Positions 11,901-22,537 of a DNA stretch of 64,000 nt are shown in pieces (positions within the stretch are counted from its first letter, which is position 1; every line of letters begins with the position of its first letter). The stretch lies in contig CDRNVI010000004.1 of assembly GCA_977017575.1 (NCBI GenBank), positions 656,106-720,105 on the forward strand, read 5' to 3'. This DNA comes from Paramoeba atlantica. Taxonomy: Eukaryota > Protista > Discosea. The notes below the pieces were generated by a model. It had not been told where the DNA came from and made no database searches. It saw only the letters and a program-made list of their open reading frames with translations. Position numbers and translations under genes: made by a program.

Positions 11901-13049
11901 AATTCTTCTTGTGTTCCACAAAGGTTTCTCACTCCTTTTGTGGTCCACGCCCCTCCCGGGACCCCGGGGGATATTTTTCTACGGGACTTACATCTTTGTT
12001 TTCCCACGGCGCTCCTGCGGGGGCCAACCGTTCTGGAACGGTTTCGGCCCCACACCCTCGCGGGGTACCTCCGGGTGTTAAGAGCTCAGCTGCTCCCGGA
12101 GTTTGTGAGGACTTGTGATTTCCCTCAAATCATTATCATTGGGGGAAGACAAGTGGGGGGGAGAGAAGGAGAAGGGGAAGAGAACCCCGAGACGGTCGAT
12201 GTGGGGAACATCTACCCCGCGCTGGGGTTGGCCATGACACGCCCCTGCCACCGTTGTGTGTGTCTGGAGCTCCGTAGTGAACCTACGGATTATGCTCGAC
12301 TCCAGGTGACACAGGTTGGTGAAGCCGAGGGGGGAGAGGGAGAGGAAGAAAAACAGAGGGATAGGGATAAAGAGAAAAAGGAAAAGGGAATAAATTTATC
12401 CAATTTGCCACGTTTGGGTTACGCGAACCGAAAGGATCAATTTTCAAGACCTCTCGAGGAGAAAAAGCTAGAGGGGGGTGAGGTGGAGGAAATCCTCCAG
12501 GGAGGGAGATTAGGGAGCTCGGCCCCAAAGCTGCTGTTTCGGGGTCCAGGGCTGCTGGATGCGAGTGTGGTGGATGTCCCCTCGGTTGCGGCGTTAATGG
12601 GTACGCACCCGTATCTTCTGGTGGAGGAACCCTCCCGGCCGGTGCTGTTGATTACCTCTGAGCCGAATTGGGAAAGAGATTTACGAGAGGTTGAGAATCT
12701 TAGAAAAAAGTCGCCGAAAAGTGCCTCGGCAGCGTGTCAGCTGGTGCTGGTCTACTGCGAGAGGCTCCCCTCCGGTTGTGCGCCCTCAAGTTTTGAAAAT
12801 ACGCAAGTTTTGAAACAACAGGCTGGGCCAGAGGTTGCTGTCCCTTCTGCAAAAAGTGAGGAAGTCTCCACAGCCGGGTACCCCTTTCCTGGACAGAATA
12901 TTTTATGGTTTACCCCACGTGGGGTGGAGCAGGCAAAGGCCACGGCATTGGCTTTTGTGCGCACGCTGGTGGGACGCTATGTCATGCGGTTGTTACGCGC
13001 GAGAGTACGGAAGGAGCTGGGTGGGTCGTTGGGTAGTCCGCAGGGTTAA
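8988..13049 (+). CDS. 1353-aa hypothetical protein: S/P/T-rich N-terminus, two atypical CCCH-like modules, 9-aa tandem repeat
   Basis: Long uninterrupted ORF; internal repeat CNNYNPETGIC...FPNNVCKYFH...RDG / CDRYEISSQTC...FPDNACLRFH...RDG. Confidence 0.8.
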   Translation: MSENSSMEQSNAKFNASSQSNEVEELKNSPSQANPNVTARWKQFVSRPRGNKNTNSLHNSTSPSLPGHEPMTRLSPLCSPVFSRSVNPPIESTWRASATLPLCLSPPFGNTQPSNSSTTPPTETHSPIPTPISPNSTTQAKSNSEINTFLGSSSSSSPIFDPKNQALGATHSSTTQTKPISQTHTFLGSSSSPIFDPKHQALGTPSLGALHKNRTPSLPSSNPHPSGARPPERKTQNQWAGFQVRQCNNYNPETGICLHEETPISVKGGLRGHAFPNNVCKYFHKGRDGSRPRGFHENLARGITTMEAVTRALVEKARENLRLGKGYGGAVVRELVRHGGEGNGKGGEATKVGSEGWRMTGRAWTEGGNGVEMPFWGEDKYVEGNAQGVENGVGSQVATYPCEWGSLPPQPTVAYSGAVEGGGVPIFSSFSGHAPSHGVNPGDFPIFSEAFPSAESTYSHHATTNESFPVSDPNLSYLLALRTIVRGNSCDDVIWLHPARVGKPIPWYGFCTSDCDRYEISSQTCLLEKNSSRPAESFPDNACLRFHPHRDGLTPRTVTENLVWGLTTRERVAKEMIRLALAHYPPDASNPSDTSVDDGETQNSDPQTTNNRVATKVPPFASSALRYVGRARIRTPSPCLRSSRGSSSSSPFSSTTSSFTKNSSSLSSRVRGTISPTSSSSSSAFKEDVEILIDHVAHQPASFVVALLRVLGFATQVEPICAAQNGQFAVRSSAQNASLLSGLDGLLTLLKGPYPDYGVWLPPFTLTPADSTQSTLYQRLRLVRPHDPISVVVQLPRTEERESGQGLTLADINKKVEPRGYVVDPHPGAGLRIEPWHRLGGYASLKTTTTTNQKGFSLFSPTNPNGLDSQNRNSCWDSQKPNSSWDSQNKNSCWDSQNKNSCWDSQDKNSCWDSQNKNFGWDSQNSNSCFVPQNPNSCLDSQNPNSCLDSQNPNSCLDSQNPNSCLNSQNPNSSCVPQRFLTPFVVHAPPGTPGDIFLRDLHLCFPTALLRGPTVLERFRPHTLAGYLRVLRAQLLPEFVRTCDFPQIIIIGGRQVGGREGEGEENPETVDVGNIYPALGLAMTRPCHRCVCLELRSEPTDYARLQVTQVGEAEGGEGEEEKQRDRDKEKKEKGINLSNLPRLGYANRKDQFSRPLEEKKLEGGEVEEILQGGRLGSSAPKLLFRGPGLLDASVVDVPSVAALMGTHPYLLVEEPSRPVLLITSEPNWERDLREVENLRKKSPKSASAACQLVLVYCERLPSGCAPSSFENTQVLKQQAGPEVAVPSAKSEEVSTAGYPFPGQNILWFTPRGVEQAKATALAFVRTLVGRYVMRLLRARVRKELGGSLGSPQG
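11589..11912 (+). repeat. 27-bp coding minisatellite, 12 units (DSQNKNSCW / DSQNPNSCL)
   Basis: Units such as GATTCACAAAACAAGAACTCTTGTTGG repeated in frame. Confidence 0.95.
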
Positions 13050-13484
13050 AGAGTCAAAAAAGAAAATAGTAGAACATAGAGTCGTTGAGCCTATGTCAAA
13101 AGAGTATTTCTTTTTCATGGTTAAGGAATGCAATTCTAGGCGTCAAGCTTCATAAACAGCGGGCAAGGCGTAAATGCGTGTTAGTACAATATTCACACAA
13201 TAGTACTGTAGTTTAGTAATGCGGTATAATTTTCTCAACATTTATTGAGATCAGGACACTCTGAGGAGGTTCATTTTGGAAAACAGAGGCAGTGTGTTCA
13301 CTGTTCTCGATTTTCCTGTCGTATAACCGAAAAAATAGAGCATAAAATCTAGAAGATAGTCCAAACTTCGCTCCCATTTAGCACTTTTTCTCTACACATC
13401 GTTATCGATTTCACCCTAGAATCAGTGTATCTCATCTGCACAACTATTCACCGTGACCGTTAAAACCTACACACAACTTTAGAT

Positions 13485-13501
13485 CCATTTCTTTTCTATA
13501 G
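13485..13501 (+). promoter_or_regulatory. Putative trans-splice acceptor (polypyrimidine tract + AG)
   Basis: CCATTTCTTTTCTATAG about 40 nt upstream of ATG 13542. Confidence 0.45.
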
Positions 13502-13541
13502 AGGTATAATTCTTCGCGTACGAATACAATAGGACCAACAC

Positions 13542-14387
13542 ATGGTTTCCCTTCCCTGTAACCACAACGAGTGGCTTCGACGTCTCCCCTCCCCCATCAC
13601 CTACTTCAAACCGGAGGCCGAGACCCCGCTCTCCCGCATCCGTCTCACCTGCCGTGTTTGCTACCAAGATGTCGAGTTCCCGGATCTCTCCTCCCTCCCC
13701 CCGAGCCTCTCCCTTGTCGATACCCTCGTGGAGGCTCCGAAAAAAAATATCCATCTTCGCAATCTCTCCTGTCACACGCATGAATACGAAATGGTGCGAA
13801 TTCTACAATCCTTCGGTCCCGATTATAAAATCGAGTCCATTCAACATAATGAGGAGAGGCGCCAGGCGTTTGTCCAGATGGTCTCGGGAAAAGCAGCCGC
13901 GCAGCTGGTGAGACTTGAAAAAATCACCGACCCGCGGACCGGGTGGAGCTTCTTTGTGGACTACGCCCGTAAACAAACCAGTCTACTCGTGCGAACGCTG
14001 TTTGTGCGTATCACCCGGGTACGCTGCGGGGCTGGGGGTTTGCTCCCGATTACCCCTTTTTTACTTTTTCAACTTTTTTATGGCGTACCGCACATGCGGA
14101 AAGTGATTGTGCTGGCCGCTCCGGGAGCGCCTCCACAGAAAGTCACCAAGGCGCTTGTACAATTTGAAAGCGTCGCGGATGCCACGGCGGCGCTGAGATA
14201 TTGGCACTGTCAAAAAGTGGTGTTGGAGGGTCATGACGAGATTGAGGTCTCGGCCATGCTAAGCTCCAGTGATGAGGTCCGGAATAATGCCAATGGGCCA
14301 ATGAGTTTAATTCTGGACAACGCAATGGAGGAGCAACGATTTATGGCTCATTTTCCTCCATTGCGAAGAGAATGGGTGCGGGGGTGA
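13542..14387 (+). CDS. RNA-binding protein with two RRMs (second one PTB/hnRNP-L-like) and an N-terminal Cys/His motif
   Basis: NIHLRNL...RQAFVQM (RNP2/RNP1); TLFVRI...ITPFLLFQLF...KALVQFESVADATAAL resembles PTB-type RRMs; CNH...CRVC at the N-terminus. Confidence 0.7.
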   Translation: MVSLPCNHNEWLRRLPSPITYFKPEAETPLSRIRLTCRVCYQDVEFPDLSSLPPSLSLVDTLVEAPKKNIHLRNLSCHTHEYEMVRILQSFGPDYKIESIQHNEERRQAFVQMVSGKAAAQLVRLEKITDPRTGWSFFVDYARKQTSLLVRTLFVRITRVRCGAGGLLPITPFLLFQLFYGVPHMRKVIVLAAPGAPPQKVTKALVQFESVADATAALRYWHCQKVVLEGHDEIEVSAMLSSSDEVRNNANGPMSLILDNAMEEQRFMAHFPPLRREWVRG

Positions 14388-14637
14388 GGCAAGGGGGGAA
14401 AGGTCCTGAGTTTCGTACCGTGAGCTTGCTTCTTGATTTAACTTTTATCAAAGAAATCAAACTTCTCTATCAACAAAAAGTTTCAACGTAAAGCACATAC
14501 GTAAGCAATGATATTTCTCTTGCTCAAAACAACCACAGCGTACATCGAAAATGTTTTAGTACAGATCGTTCGGTAAACAGTTAAGCATTAAATATATTTC
14601 AAAACATAAGTACACACAAAAGCACCTACGCTTTCCA

Positions 14638-15513
14638 ATGTTTATTACCCCACAAACACGCGCCGTTCAATTATCCGAGAGTTCATCGCCTTTAGCAAAG
14701 CGACGAAAGCCAAACAGTGACTCCAGTGCGCTAGGAGAAGAAAAGCGGTCCTTACAAACCGTTCGTCTGGGCAAAGTTCGTGGAACAGATCTCCCACAGG
14801 AGTTTGAGCTCACACGACTGATTGCAAATATTCAAAGTCCTCATCCCTCATGGAACGCATCCGTTCCGGCCTGTACTTGGTTTCATGTGAGGTGTAATTT
14901 CGAAGGTCAGGTGTTTGAGATTCAGTGGAGCCATTTGAAACTCTCCGGGTCGCTACAATGGGAGTGGATGCCACGATCCACGAAACATTTTCTTTTAAGC
15001 TCCAATATGTTGGTTGGAGCGCTACAACTGGAGTCGCTTCCCTCCTCGCTGTCTCGTTTCTATGTCTCGGAGAATCGATTGAGCGGAACGCTAGCGTTGC
15101 CGTACGGGTCGAATCGCTTACTGCAGCTATTCTTGGATGACAATTCTTTACATGGGGACGTAGATCTAACCCATATCCCTCTTTGCTTGGTTGATCTTTC
15201 GGTTGCACAGAATCAATTCTCCGGGGCCATTGCGCTAGAACGTTTGCCCCACTTCATGGCATCCCTTGATCTTAGCTTTAACGCTTTTACAGGGACGCCA
15301 GATTTCCTACACTTGCCCTGTTCTCTTCGTTTTCTGGAGCTGGCAGACAACTGTTTTTCGGGAGTGGTACAACTCAGTTCTCTCCCTCAGTGCTTACAAA
15401 CTTTAAACCTCTGTGACAATTCAGAACTATCGGGCGATGTTAAGGGCTCGGCTTTACCTGACTCATTGGTAAACTTTTATTACGAGGGAACAGAGCTACG
15501 AATGACTGAATAG
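14638..15513 (+). CDS. Small LRR-family protein, copy 2
   Basis: KVRGTDLPQEFEL, VPACTWFHVRC, about 7 LRRs. Confidence 0.9.
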   Translation: MFITPQTRAVQLSESSSPLAKRRKPNSDSSALGEEKRSLQTVRLGKVRGTDLPQEFELTRLIANIQSPHPSWNASVPACTWFHVRCNFEGQVFEIQWSHLKLSGSLQWEWMPRSTKHFLLSSNMLVGALQLESLPSSLSRFYVSENRLSGTLALPYGSNRLLQLFLDDNSLHGDVDLTHIPLCLVDLSVAQNQFSGAIALERLPHFMASLDLSFNAFTGTPDFLHLPCSLRFLELADNCFSGVVQLSSLPQCLQTLNLCDNSELSGDVKGSALPDSLVNFYYEGTELRMTE

Positions 15514-15629
15514 AAATACCTCAGTCTGTAAACTTCAGATTTTTGCATGCTATAAGAGAAGGAAACAATCGCCATCAGTCATCAATCAGAAATTGGTTTG
15601 CCGGCAGTGGAACTTGTCTCCCCTCAGAA

Positions 15630-15885
15630 TATACGGCACCCGCTCATGCCCACGCTCGCAAGAGGCGCGGGTCAAAGCAATGAACGAAAAATAAAAAAAC
15701 TATTCTACAAACTTTTTTTTGAAATCGAGACATTTCATGAGACGAACTATTCATCACTGCTCTATCGGATTCGTTTTACTTTTACAAAAACTTTATGTAC
15801 AAAACTTGTATGGTCAAGTATCGTACGATAGAATACATATGACATGTGTAATAGAATATACATACATGTAGAAATAAGAATACAT
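15630..15885. repeat. Dispersed repeat; second copy at ~19755-20700, split there by a MITE
   Basis: Shared ATACGGCxCCCGCTCATxCCCACGCTCGCAAGA...TCATCACTGCTCTATCGGATTCG...GTATGGTCAAGTATCGTAC. Confidence 0.8.
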
Positions 15886-16474
15886 AATGTGGCCCCCACT
15901 TTAATAGAGACCCCCCTCATCTCCCCCTTTATTAGAGACAAAATTTTGGGGGAATTTGTTTGGGGGGTATTTTTTGGCGAAAGTAGAGAAAAAATTGGGA
16001 TGTTGCTTAAAATGGGAGGAAAAATACTTAGAATTCACCGAACGTTCAAGAATCTCTACCAATGCTATCATCCACCTGTGAAATTGAAAGATGGTATTCC
16101 CAACACAGTTCGTTCTTTGTGTGGGTCTCTAAGCTCCTGGATTATTACAGAACCTCCAGCGCCACGAATCGGAATCCGACATTCGAAATAACAAATAATC
16201 CTTTTCCAAGCACTGTCCGTGAAAAGAGAGACCGAGTAGAGTTAAGTATGTATGACAAGCGCGATATATGCCTGTCGAAATCGCCGGTATCCAAGACATA
16301 GAATAAGTACGGACTCTATCGAAGTGCCTTGTACAAAATACGCAACCGAGGAGCGAAACATTATCAAAACTTGATCAATCGTTCCATGGGCGGCAGCTGC
16401 AGAAATCGCGGTTTTAATGGAAGAGGGGGGATTATAATGACGCGGAGCCCATAACATACAGTAAAGCAGTTGCT

Positions 16475-16822
16475 ATGGAACGCGTACATCGCGCATGCGA
16501 GCAAGCTTCTTCCCTCTCGTGCCCTCTTACCAAAACCATCGTTATGGATATGATTCGAGAGCACACAGGTCTGACATCCGTAAACGCACTCGAAGAGACG
16601 TATTTGCGTTTTCGAAAGTATTACGGGTGGGTGTGGCTGCGTTGGGAAAGAACTCAGTGCCTTTCCCCTGCAGACGTTGAGCATCGCATTGACGTTGAGG
16701 CGATCGGACGCATAGACGTTGAGGCATCGCACAGGCAGAAAAATTGTATAGCCAAAATGCAGTTCGCCGCTACAGATTTGCGTTCTTCGGTGATGGGACT
16801 GCTGTTTTCATCAATGGAGTAG
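16475..16822 (+). mobile_element. Possible pogo/Tc5 HTH transposase N-terminal relic
   Basis: CPLTKTIVMDMIREHTG...RFRKYYG resembles CMITKEMVHDAMQKYG of the pogo relic at 6058-6399; weak. Confidence 0.3.
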
Positions 16823-16954
16823 TACAGGGCTATACGCTCGCACCGATCGGATGCGCCCAAATTATGGATACCAAACCAACCCCAAATTATGGATACCAAC
16901 CCTAAGAAAACTGTAACAGCGTTCTTGTGCTTTTATTTTCTCGTTCACTTTGCG

Positions 16955-18000
16955 CTAGTAGCAGTCCTTATTACGCAGAAACATGAGTAGAACAGCTGCT
17001 CCAACGATAAATATACCGTTTCTGTAAAACATGTTTACTACTCTGAGTACTACATGTTTACTACTCTGAGTAGTTGTAAAAGGACCCTCACATGTGCATA
17101 TATTTAAGGCTTGGGAAAAAGGCGCCACGAAGCGGCGCCGATTTTTGTTTTTCTTGTTTCGGATTCTCATTTGAACCCCCCCTTTAATAGAGACAAACAT
17201 CGTTCGTGCACCATACCTGGAAAGCTGATTTGTGGCCTGGTGGCTTGCCAGAACCGAGATTATACATTTGTCTGTGGTCGAGACCTCGCGATTTAGAAGA
17301 TCTTCTATCGCATCTTGTGATACATAGGTTCCTTGAGCGGCAAGCCGTTGAAAGTAAATGGCTGCTCCCAACTTGCAAAGTAACGCCCAATACGAGAGAC
17401 GCACTTGTTGCACTCGTACCATTGGCAGTTGAACCCCCGGGTCTAGCTTTACCATAGTTTCGGCACACATTATTTTATCCGGGTCCGTTCCTATTTGGCT
17501 CCGGACATATTCCACTACTCTGTTCGTGAGCCACGGTTCGGATGAAAAGCCTTTGTTGGAAAGGCAATGATGTATCAGCCGCCCACATCGAGGATCACTC
17601 GGAGATCTTATAAGAGGAACGAAGGCCTCTAGGACGTCTTGTGCCCCACGAATAACGCTGCTGCGGCTGCTATCCTTTACCTTTTATTCATGTTCTTTTG
17701 CGTTCAATGGCTGTAGACTCCCCAATTCATCACGCAGATGCAGAATTACGTTGTCAGGGATTCTTTCCGATGCGAAATTTCCAATCTGAAAGGCATTTAA
17801 GGTTCCTTTTATGCTTGCAACCCTTTCTTCAGTGGCTCCGCTCCCGGCCAGAGCTGCAGCTTTTTCCAATACGTGGTCTACAGAACTCGTGCTTTTAGCA
17901 TGTTGTATCGCACCCGGCAGCACTGCCGTAATCATAGAACGAAGGCTGACATTCATCCTTTTAAGGAAGCGAGTTCCTCAAGCGCATCTTCTGGGTTCTG
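16955..18000 (-). pseudogene. gag-like ORF family copy A (fragmented)
   Basis: NPEDALEELASLK/RMNVSLRSMITAVLPGAI...QIGNFASERIPDNVILHLR...VRLSYWALLCKLGA aligns with ORFs 31976-33121 and 57071-57535. Confidence 0.65.
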
Positions 18001-18844
18001 AGATTCAGGTCATATTTCTGCATCCGCGATGAAATTAACTATGTCTGATACAGAGTCCATTGACTTAATACGGAAGAAAAAGAGAAGAGTTGATGAGATT
18101 AGGGAATGTTTGCATCTGTAAACCGCTAAAATTGTGAACAGTTGCACTCTTGTGAATAAACCACTCTTCTGTGTGGTATTGTAGTTTTTTATGGACAACC
18201 TTCACTTGCATTTTCACTTCTTCACATACATTGCATGTATGTTCCCCGGTAAAAAATCACTTCTTATAATTTTTTTAGACATCCTTGTTTGTCAGTGACA
18301 ACAGAGTTCCTTTGCAAACAAAAAGTTCCTGAGAGCAACCAGATATACGTACATACATTGCACGTACAGTAGTCGTGAGCCAAAACAACTTCCCGGAAGA
18401 ATGGCCATAGAATATCTCTAATAACACGGATCACTTAAATTCTGCAAGGGATCCGGAGACCCCTTGCCCGACAGCTCGACGATGGTGGATCCGGAGATCC
18501 CTCGCCCAACGGTAATTTAGCTCTGTCAGTGTATTCAGAGGTCCCTCGGCTACTAATCACTTTCATGCTGATTCTTTTTAAAAGAAAAAACGCGACCCTC
18601 AAACACGACTAGGGTTGGGCATCCGGCCGGCGACGGATCGGGAAGTGAGCGTCACGTGCGTGACGCCATACTTCCCGCTCACGTCTGTGGCCTCCTTTAA
18701 CCCTGCTACAAAGATGCTTACAAATAATGCTACAAAGATGGGATTGTGGGCCATCACCCGAACACAAAGACTACGAAAGGGTTTATTCTTCGCCTGGGAA
18801 CGTAAAAGCAAGCTGGTGCATGATTCTTGTTGCTGATTACGAAA

Positions 18845-19244
18845 CAACACAATCTTTTTCGCATTAAAAAATCATGTTCCACATTGGGCGACTCCAAAAA
18901 TGTTTGAGCCTCTCGGAATCGTGCAGATTTGATCATTGCGATCGAAGCAGCGTTTCAAGGCCCCTGAAAATGCCATGAAGAGCTTTCGAAAGCGATGCTG
19001 TATTGTGATTGAGATTAATCAACGATAATAGCAATTATAATTTTTTTTTTCGATATTTGCTATTGTTTTAGAAAGTTGCAAATAGTGTTTGGGGGCGCTT
19101 TGTATAGGGGGCAATACCCCCTTGTGCATAGTTCGGCCTTGTTTCCTTCGTGAGCCCTGTTCGGGAGCTCTCGAATGCGCTATTATTTTCCAAAAATGGC
19201 TAAGTTTTACAAATTTTAGACCCCCCCCACAATTTACACCCCTG
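18845..19244 (+). mobile_element. 3' end plus right TIR of a Tc1 element (family of 43338-44855)
   Basis: GATTTGATCATTGCGATCGAAGCAGCGTTTCAAG and ATGAAGAGCTTTCG match the transposase C-terminus; ends ...TTTACACCCCTG-TA. Confidence 0.85.
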
Positions 19245-19823
19245 TATGTATCTAGCTGCGTTGATGTGGAGATAATGAACGAAAAGGCATTTTTCTAAGG
19301 CGCACAACGGACGTACGTCGCGCATCACGAAGGAATTAGTCGAAAAGTTCCCACGAGCCGCTCAATCAATTGTGGGAAGTAAATGTGAACGGGGTTGTAC
19401 AACATAAATTGGCCTTTTCTTCGTTAACCCAAAGGGTATTAAGCCAGAGTGCCACGACAAGGTGAAGACAAGAAGGTCGTATTTTCTGCCGTCCTCTGTG
19501 AGGCGATCACATTTTGAAAGTACACAAGCTACACGAACGTGCAACACGAATGTGCAACACTCAGGAAAAGAAAATTATACTTAATGTCGATAGCATAGTG
19601 TACTTAAATAATTTGAGGATTTCCTAGAGAACTATAAATTGATCGAGCTTTGAATCACTTATCCACCCCCCTTACTTCACCACCCCCCTTACTTCACCAC
19701 AAAGTATGGGTTTTGGAACAAAAAGTGGGGGCTAAGTAAGGGGAGGGTAACGGTATACGGCGCCCGCTCATCCCACGCTCGCAAGAAGAGCGTGTCAAAG
19801 CAATGAATGAAAAATAAAAGAAC

Positions 19824-20510
19824 GGGTAATGCCCACTTACAATAAGTATATTGCACCCACTTTTCTATTTTGGGTCAAACTGTGCCACAGAGTTGAAATG
19901 GACAACATAGCCTAAAAAGCTACTGGATCACACGCCCGGTCACACAACATAGGAAAACAAGTACATAATTCTGCGGAAGGGACAAACGTTGGTTCTTAGT
20001 ACGCGCCCCCGCTCGCTTCTGTGTGCAGGGAAGCTAAAATATAATTCTGTACCAGGGCTACGCCCACAGTTGGGCTTTGCTCACAGACGTGGGCTACGCT
20101 CAAAGTTGGGCCTTACCTCCAGACAGGTAAACTAGGAGTCTTCTCAATATTTCCCACATCCCTAACATGGGGCAGCATGGTCCAACATGGGAGGACACTC
20201 ACCTCCTAGCAGGAGGCGGGACCTCCTAGCGGTCTTCCCCTCCACTGCCATGTGGCACTGACGCCAAGCTTTTTTTTGTGACATTTTATCTGTCCATTGG
20301 CAGTTTATCTGCCCACAAGCATTTTATCTGTGCATGGGCATTTGACGTGTAAAGTGGCCAACTTTAAGCGTACTGCAACATTTTTTTAACGTAAAGTAGG
20401 CGGATGGAGGAAGTGAGATAAAGTGTGTGAAGTTACACTGCGCAAGAAAACATTACAATGCATTCATATCATTATTTTGAAAGTGGGTGCAATATAAGTG
20501 GTCTGTACCC
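19824..20510. mobile_element. Merlin-type MITE, copy 1 (sister of 36395-37083)
   Basis: TIRs GGGTAATGCCCACTTA...TATTGCACCCACTTT and AAAGTGGGTGCAATATAAGTGGTCTGTACCC; internal sequence closely matches the 36.4-kb copy; A-rich imperfect TSD. Confidence 0.85.
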
Positions 20511-20689
20511 AAAAAAAAACTATTCTACAAACGTTTGTTCAAAATCGAGTCAATTCATAAGTCGAACTATTCATCACTGCTCTATCGGATTCGCTTTACT
20601 TTTACAAAAACTTTATGTAGAATACTTGTATGGTCAAGTATCGTACAATAGAATACATACATGTATTCTAATACATGTACATGTAGAAA

Positions 20690-20752
20690 TAAGAATACAC
20701 ACATGTAGAATACACACATGTAGAATACACACATGTAGAATACACACATGTA
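20690..20752. repeat. 15-bp tandem repeat ACATGTAGAATACAC (about 4 units)
   Basis: Direct reading of the sequence. Confidence 0.85.
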
Positions 20753-20789
20753 CGTTCGAACACACTAGCGTACGAACTTAGCTTCGATA

Positions 20790-21199
20790 TACCGTAGAAA
20801 CTTCAATTAAGGGTAAATAAAATTAAGGCAACTTTAATTGAGGCAATAATTAATTTTTTATCATTTTGGGGAAAATTAATTTCATGATTTCGTCTCAGAC
20901 TTCTCCTTTCAATGATCGTTTTAGCTTTTCTCTCACACGTTGAACTGGTTGAAGACCGTAAAGGTAGGCGAAACGGGCGAAGCTTGTCTAGAAAAGTTCA
21001 AAAAACATGACAAATGATCAGAAATTGAGCACTTTTAGCAGAAATGTGATACTTATGCTACAAACAACAATATTAATACGAACTTTTTTGGGCTTTTATC
21101 AGCGCCACTTTAATTAAGGCAACTTTAATTGAGGCAATAATTAATTTTTAAATTCGTTCTGCCTTAATTACTTTTATCCTTAATAATCGTTTCACCGGT
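20790..21199. mobile_element. Putative MITE with TACCG-type ends and an internal 38-bp direct repeat
   Basis: TACCGTAGAAAC...TAAGGGTAAA vs TTTTATCCTTAATAATCGTTTCACCGGTA; AATTAAGGCAACTTTAATTGAGGCAATAATTAATTTTT occurs twice. Confidence 0.45.
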
Positions 21200-21219
21200 A
21201 ACCTTCTTGATTTATAAGT

Positions 21220-21849
21220 ATGTCGGACAGCGTGGCACATCGAGTTCGTGGTGCAGATTTACCGCAAGAGTACATTCTCGCTCTCTTCATCAAAGATATT
21301 CCGAACCCTCGAAAATCGTGGACTACGCATACCCCCGCATGTGAGTGGCAGGGTGTGATGTGTGATGAGAAAAATCGTGTTCAAAGGTTGCAGTGAGATC
21401 GTCTTGGGATTTCCGGTCAACTACATTGGTCTCACTTGTCGAGCTCTTTGTTGCATTTGGATTTGAGTTCAGGATTTAGGTTTGACAGCGGTTGTGTGTA
21501 CATAAATGGCGATATTCCACTCGTTGATTTTGCATCATTACCGCGAGGTCTCTTAGAGCTGATTCTTTGTCGTCTGGGTATCAGCGGGTCCCTTGAAGTA
21601 AGTGATCTTCCTCCTTCGCTTCTCGTATTGGATCTGAGCACAAACAAGATACGGGGCAGTCCGGATTTTACCGCTTTTCCAGAAACCATGATGGAGATCT
21701 TCCTTCATGACAATCCTATTAAAGGAACACCTGATCTTTCGAAACTTCCTCATGGCCTAGAACGGCTTACGCTCTTCAACACGCGACTAACATTTCCTTC
21801 TGGAATCCTCCCCTCTTGTGTCCAAACCTTAGATCCCTCTTTGGTGTGA
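21220..21849 (+). pseudogene. LRR-family copy 3 with a nonsense codon; close paralog of 59769-60386
   Basis: ATG 21220 MSDSVAHRVRGADLPQEY is in frame with ORF 21436; TGA at 21394-21396 replaces the Trp of LEWSG in the paralog. Confidence 0.85.
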
Positions 21850-22537
21850 TTCAAGCTACAATGCGGAAACTGCATGAACCATAATGATACGCAGATAGAG
21901 AGAAACATTATGCCTTTCCTGGGAATGATTTTCTTACTTGTAAAAGATCCCGCATTCTTGGAAACTAAAAATCGAGAACCAAAGCGGGTATTTGTAATAA
22001 GCAAAACACTCTAGATTAGACTAACTAAATACATCTCGGAACTTACATACTTTGTACATACGCTGTTTTTACGGGAAACTTTAATCCAGGGACGCCCCCT
22101 TTTGGGTCAAACGAGTCCCGCAATTACTAGTAATTACGCTGGTTGTATGACTACCGCTCTACCATCGATTATTGAAAAATAAAGTGGGCAAAAGCAGTGA
22201 AAAAGAAGAACACAGTAATACAATAAAAGAAAGATTCACATAAGGGGCTCCGGCGGTCCAAATTTCTAGAAGGGGCATACCGCACGAAACGTTTTTCGAA
22301 AAAAAGTTTTTTCGTCCCTCAAGGGGTAGCCGGGGTCTTGTCGCGTAATTTCTGCCCCCCTACTCGGGGGTGACCCCCCCCGGTATCCGCAGGACGGGTC
22401 CGCCAAGTTCGGATATTTTTAGAAAAAAAATGGTAAAACAAAGATTTGTGTACGTCTCTACTCTCTCTACGTCGAATATTCAACGAACGGGATTAGTTCG
22501 TTGTCGTCCACAGTCAGTAGTTCTGTGAAACGGATCT

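Noticed and set aside
11589-11912. Regular repeats resembling a CRISPR array
   Set aside because: Head-to-tail units without unique spacers, in frame in a eukaryotic CDS, and no cas genes
11407-12118. Multiple long overlapping ORFs in other frames and strands over the 27-bp repeat
   Set aside because: Artefact of a stop-free tandem unit inside the 1353-aa CDS
17003-17027. SL-like AACGATAAATATACCGTTTCTGTAA
   Set aside because: More mismatches, no TTG/GT end and no junction evidence; may be chance
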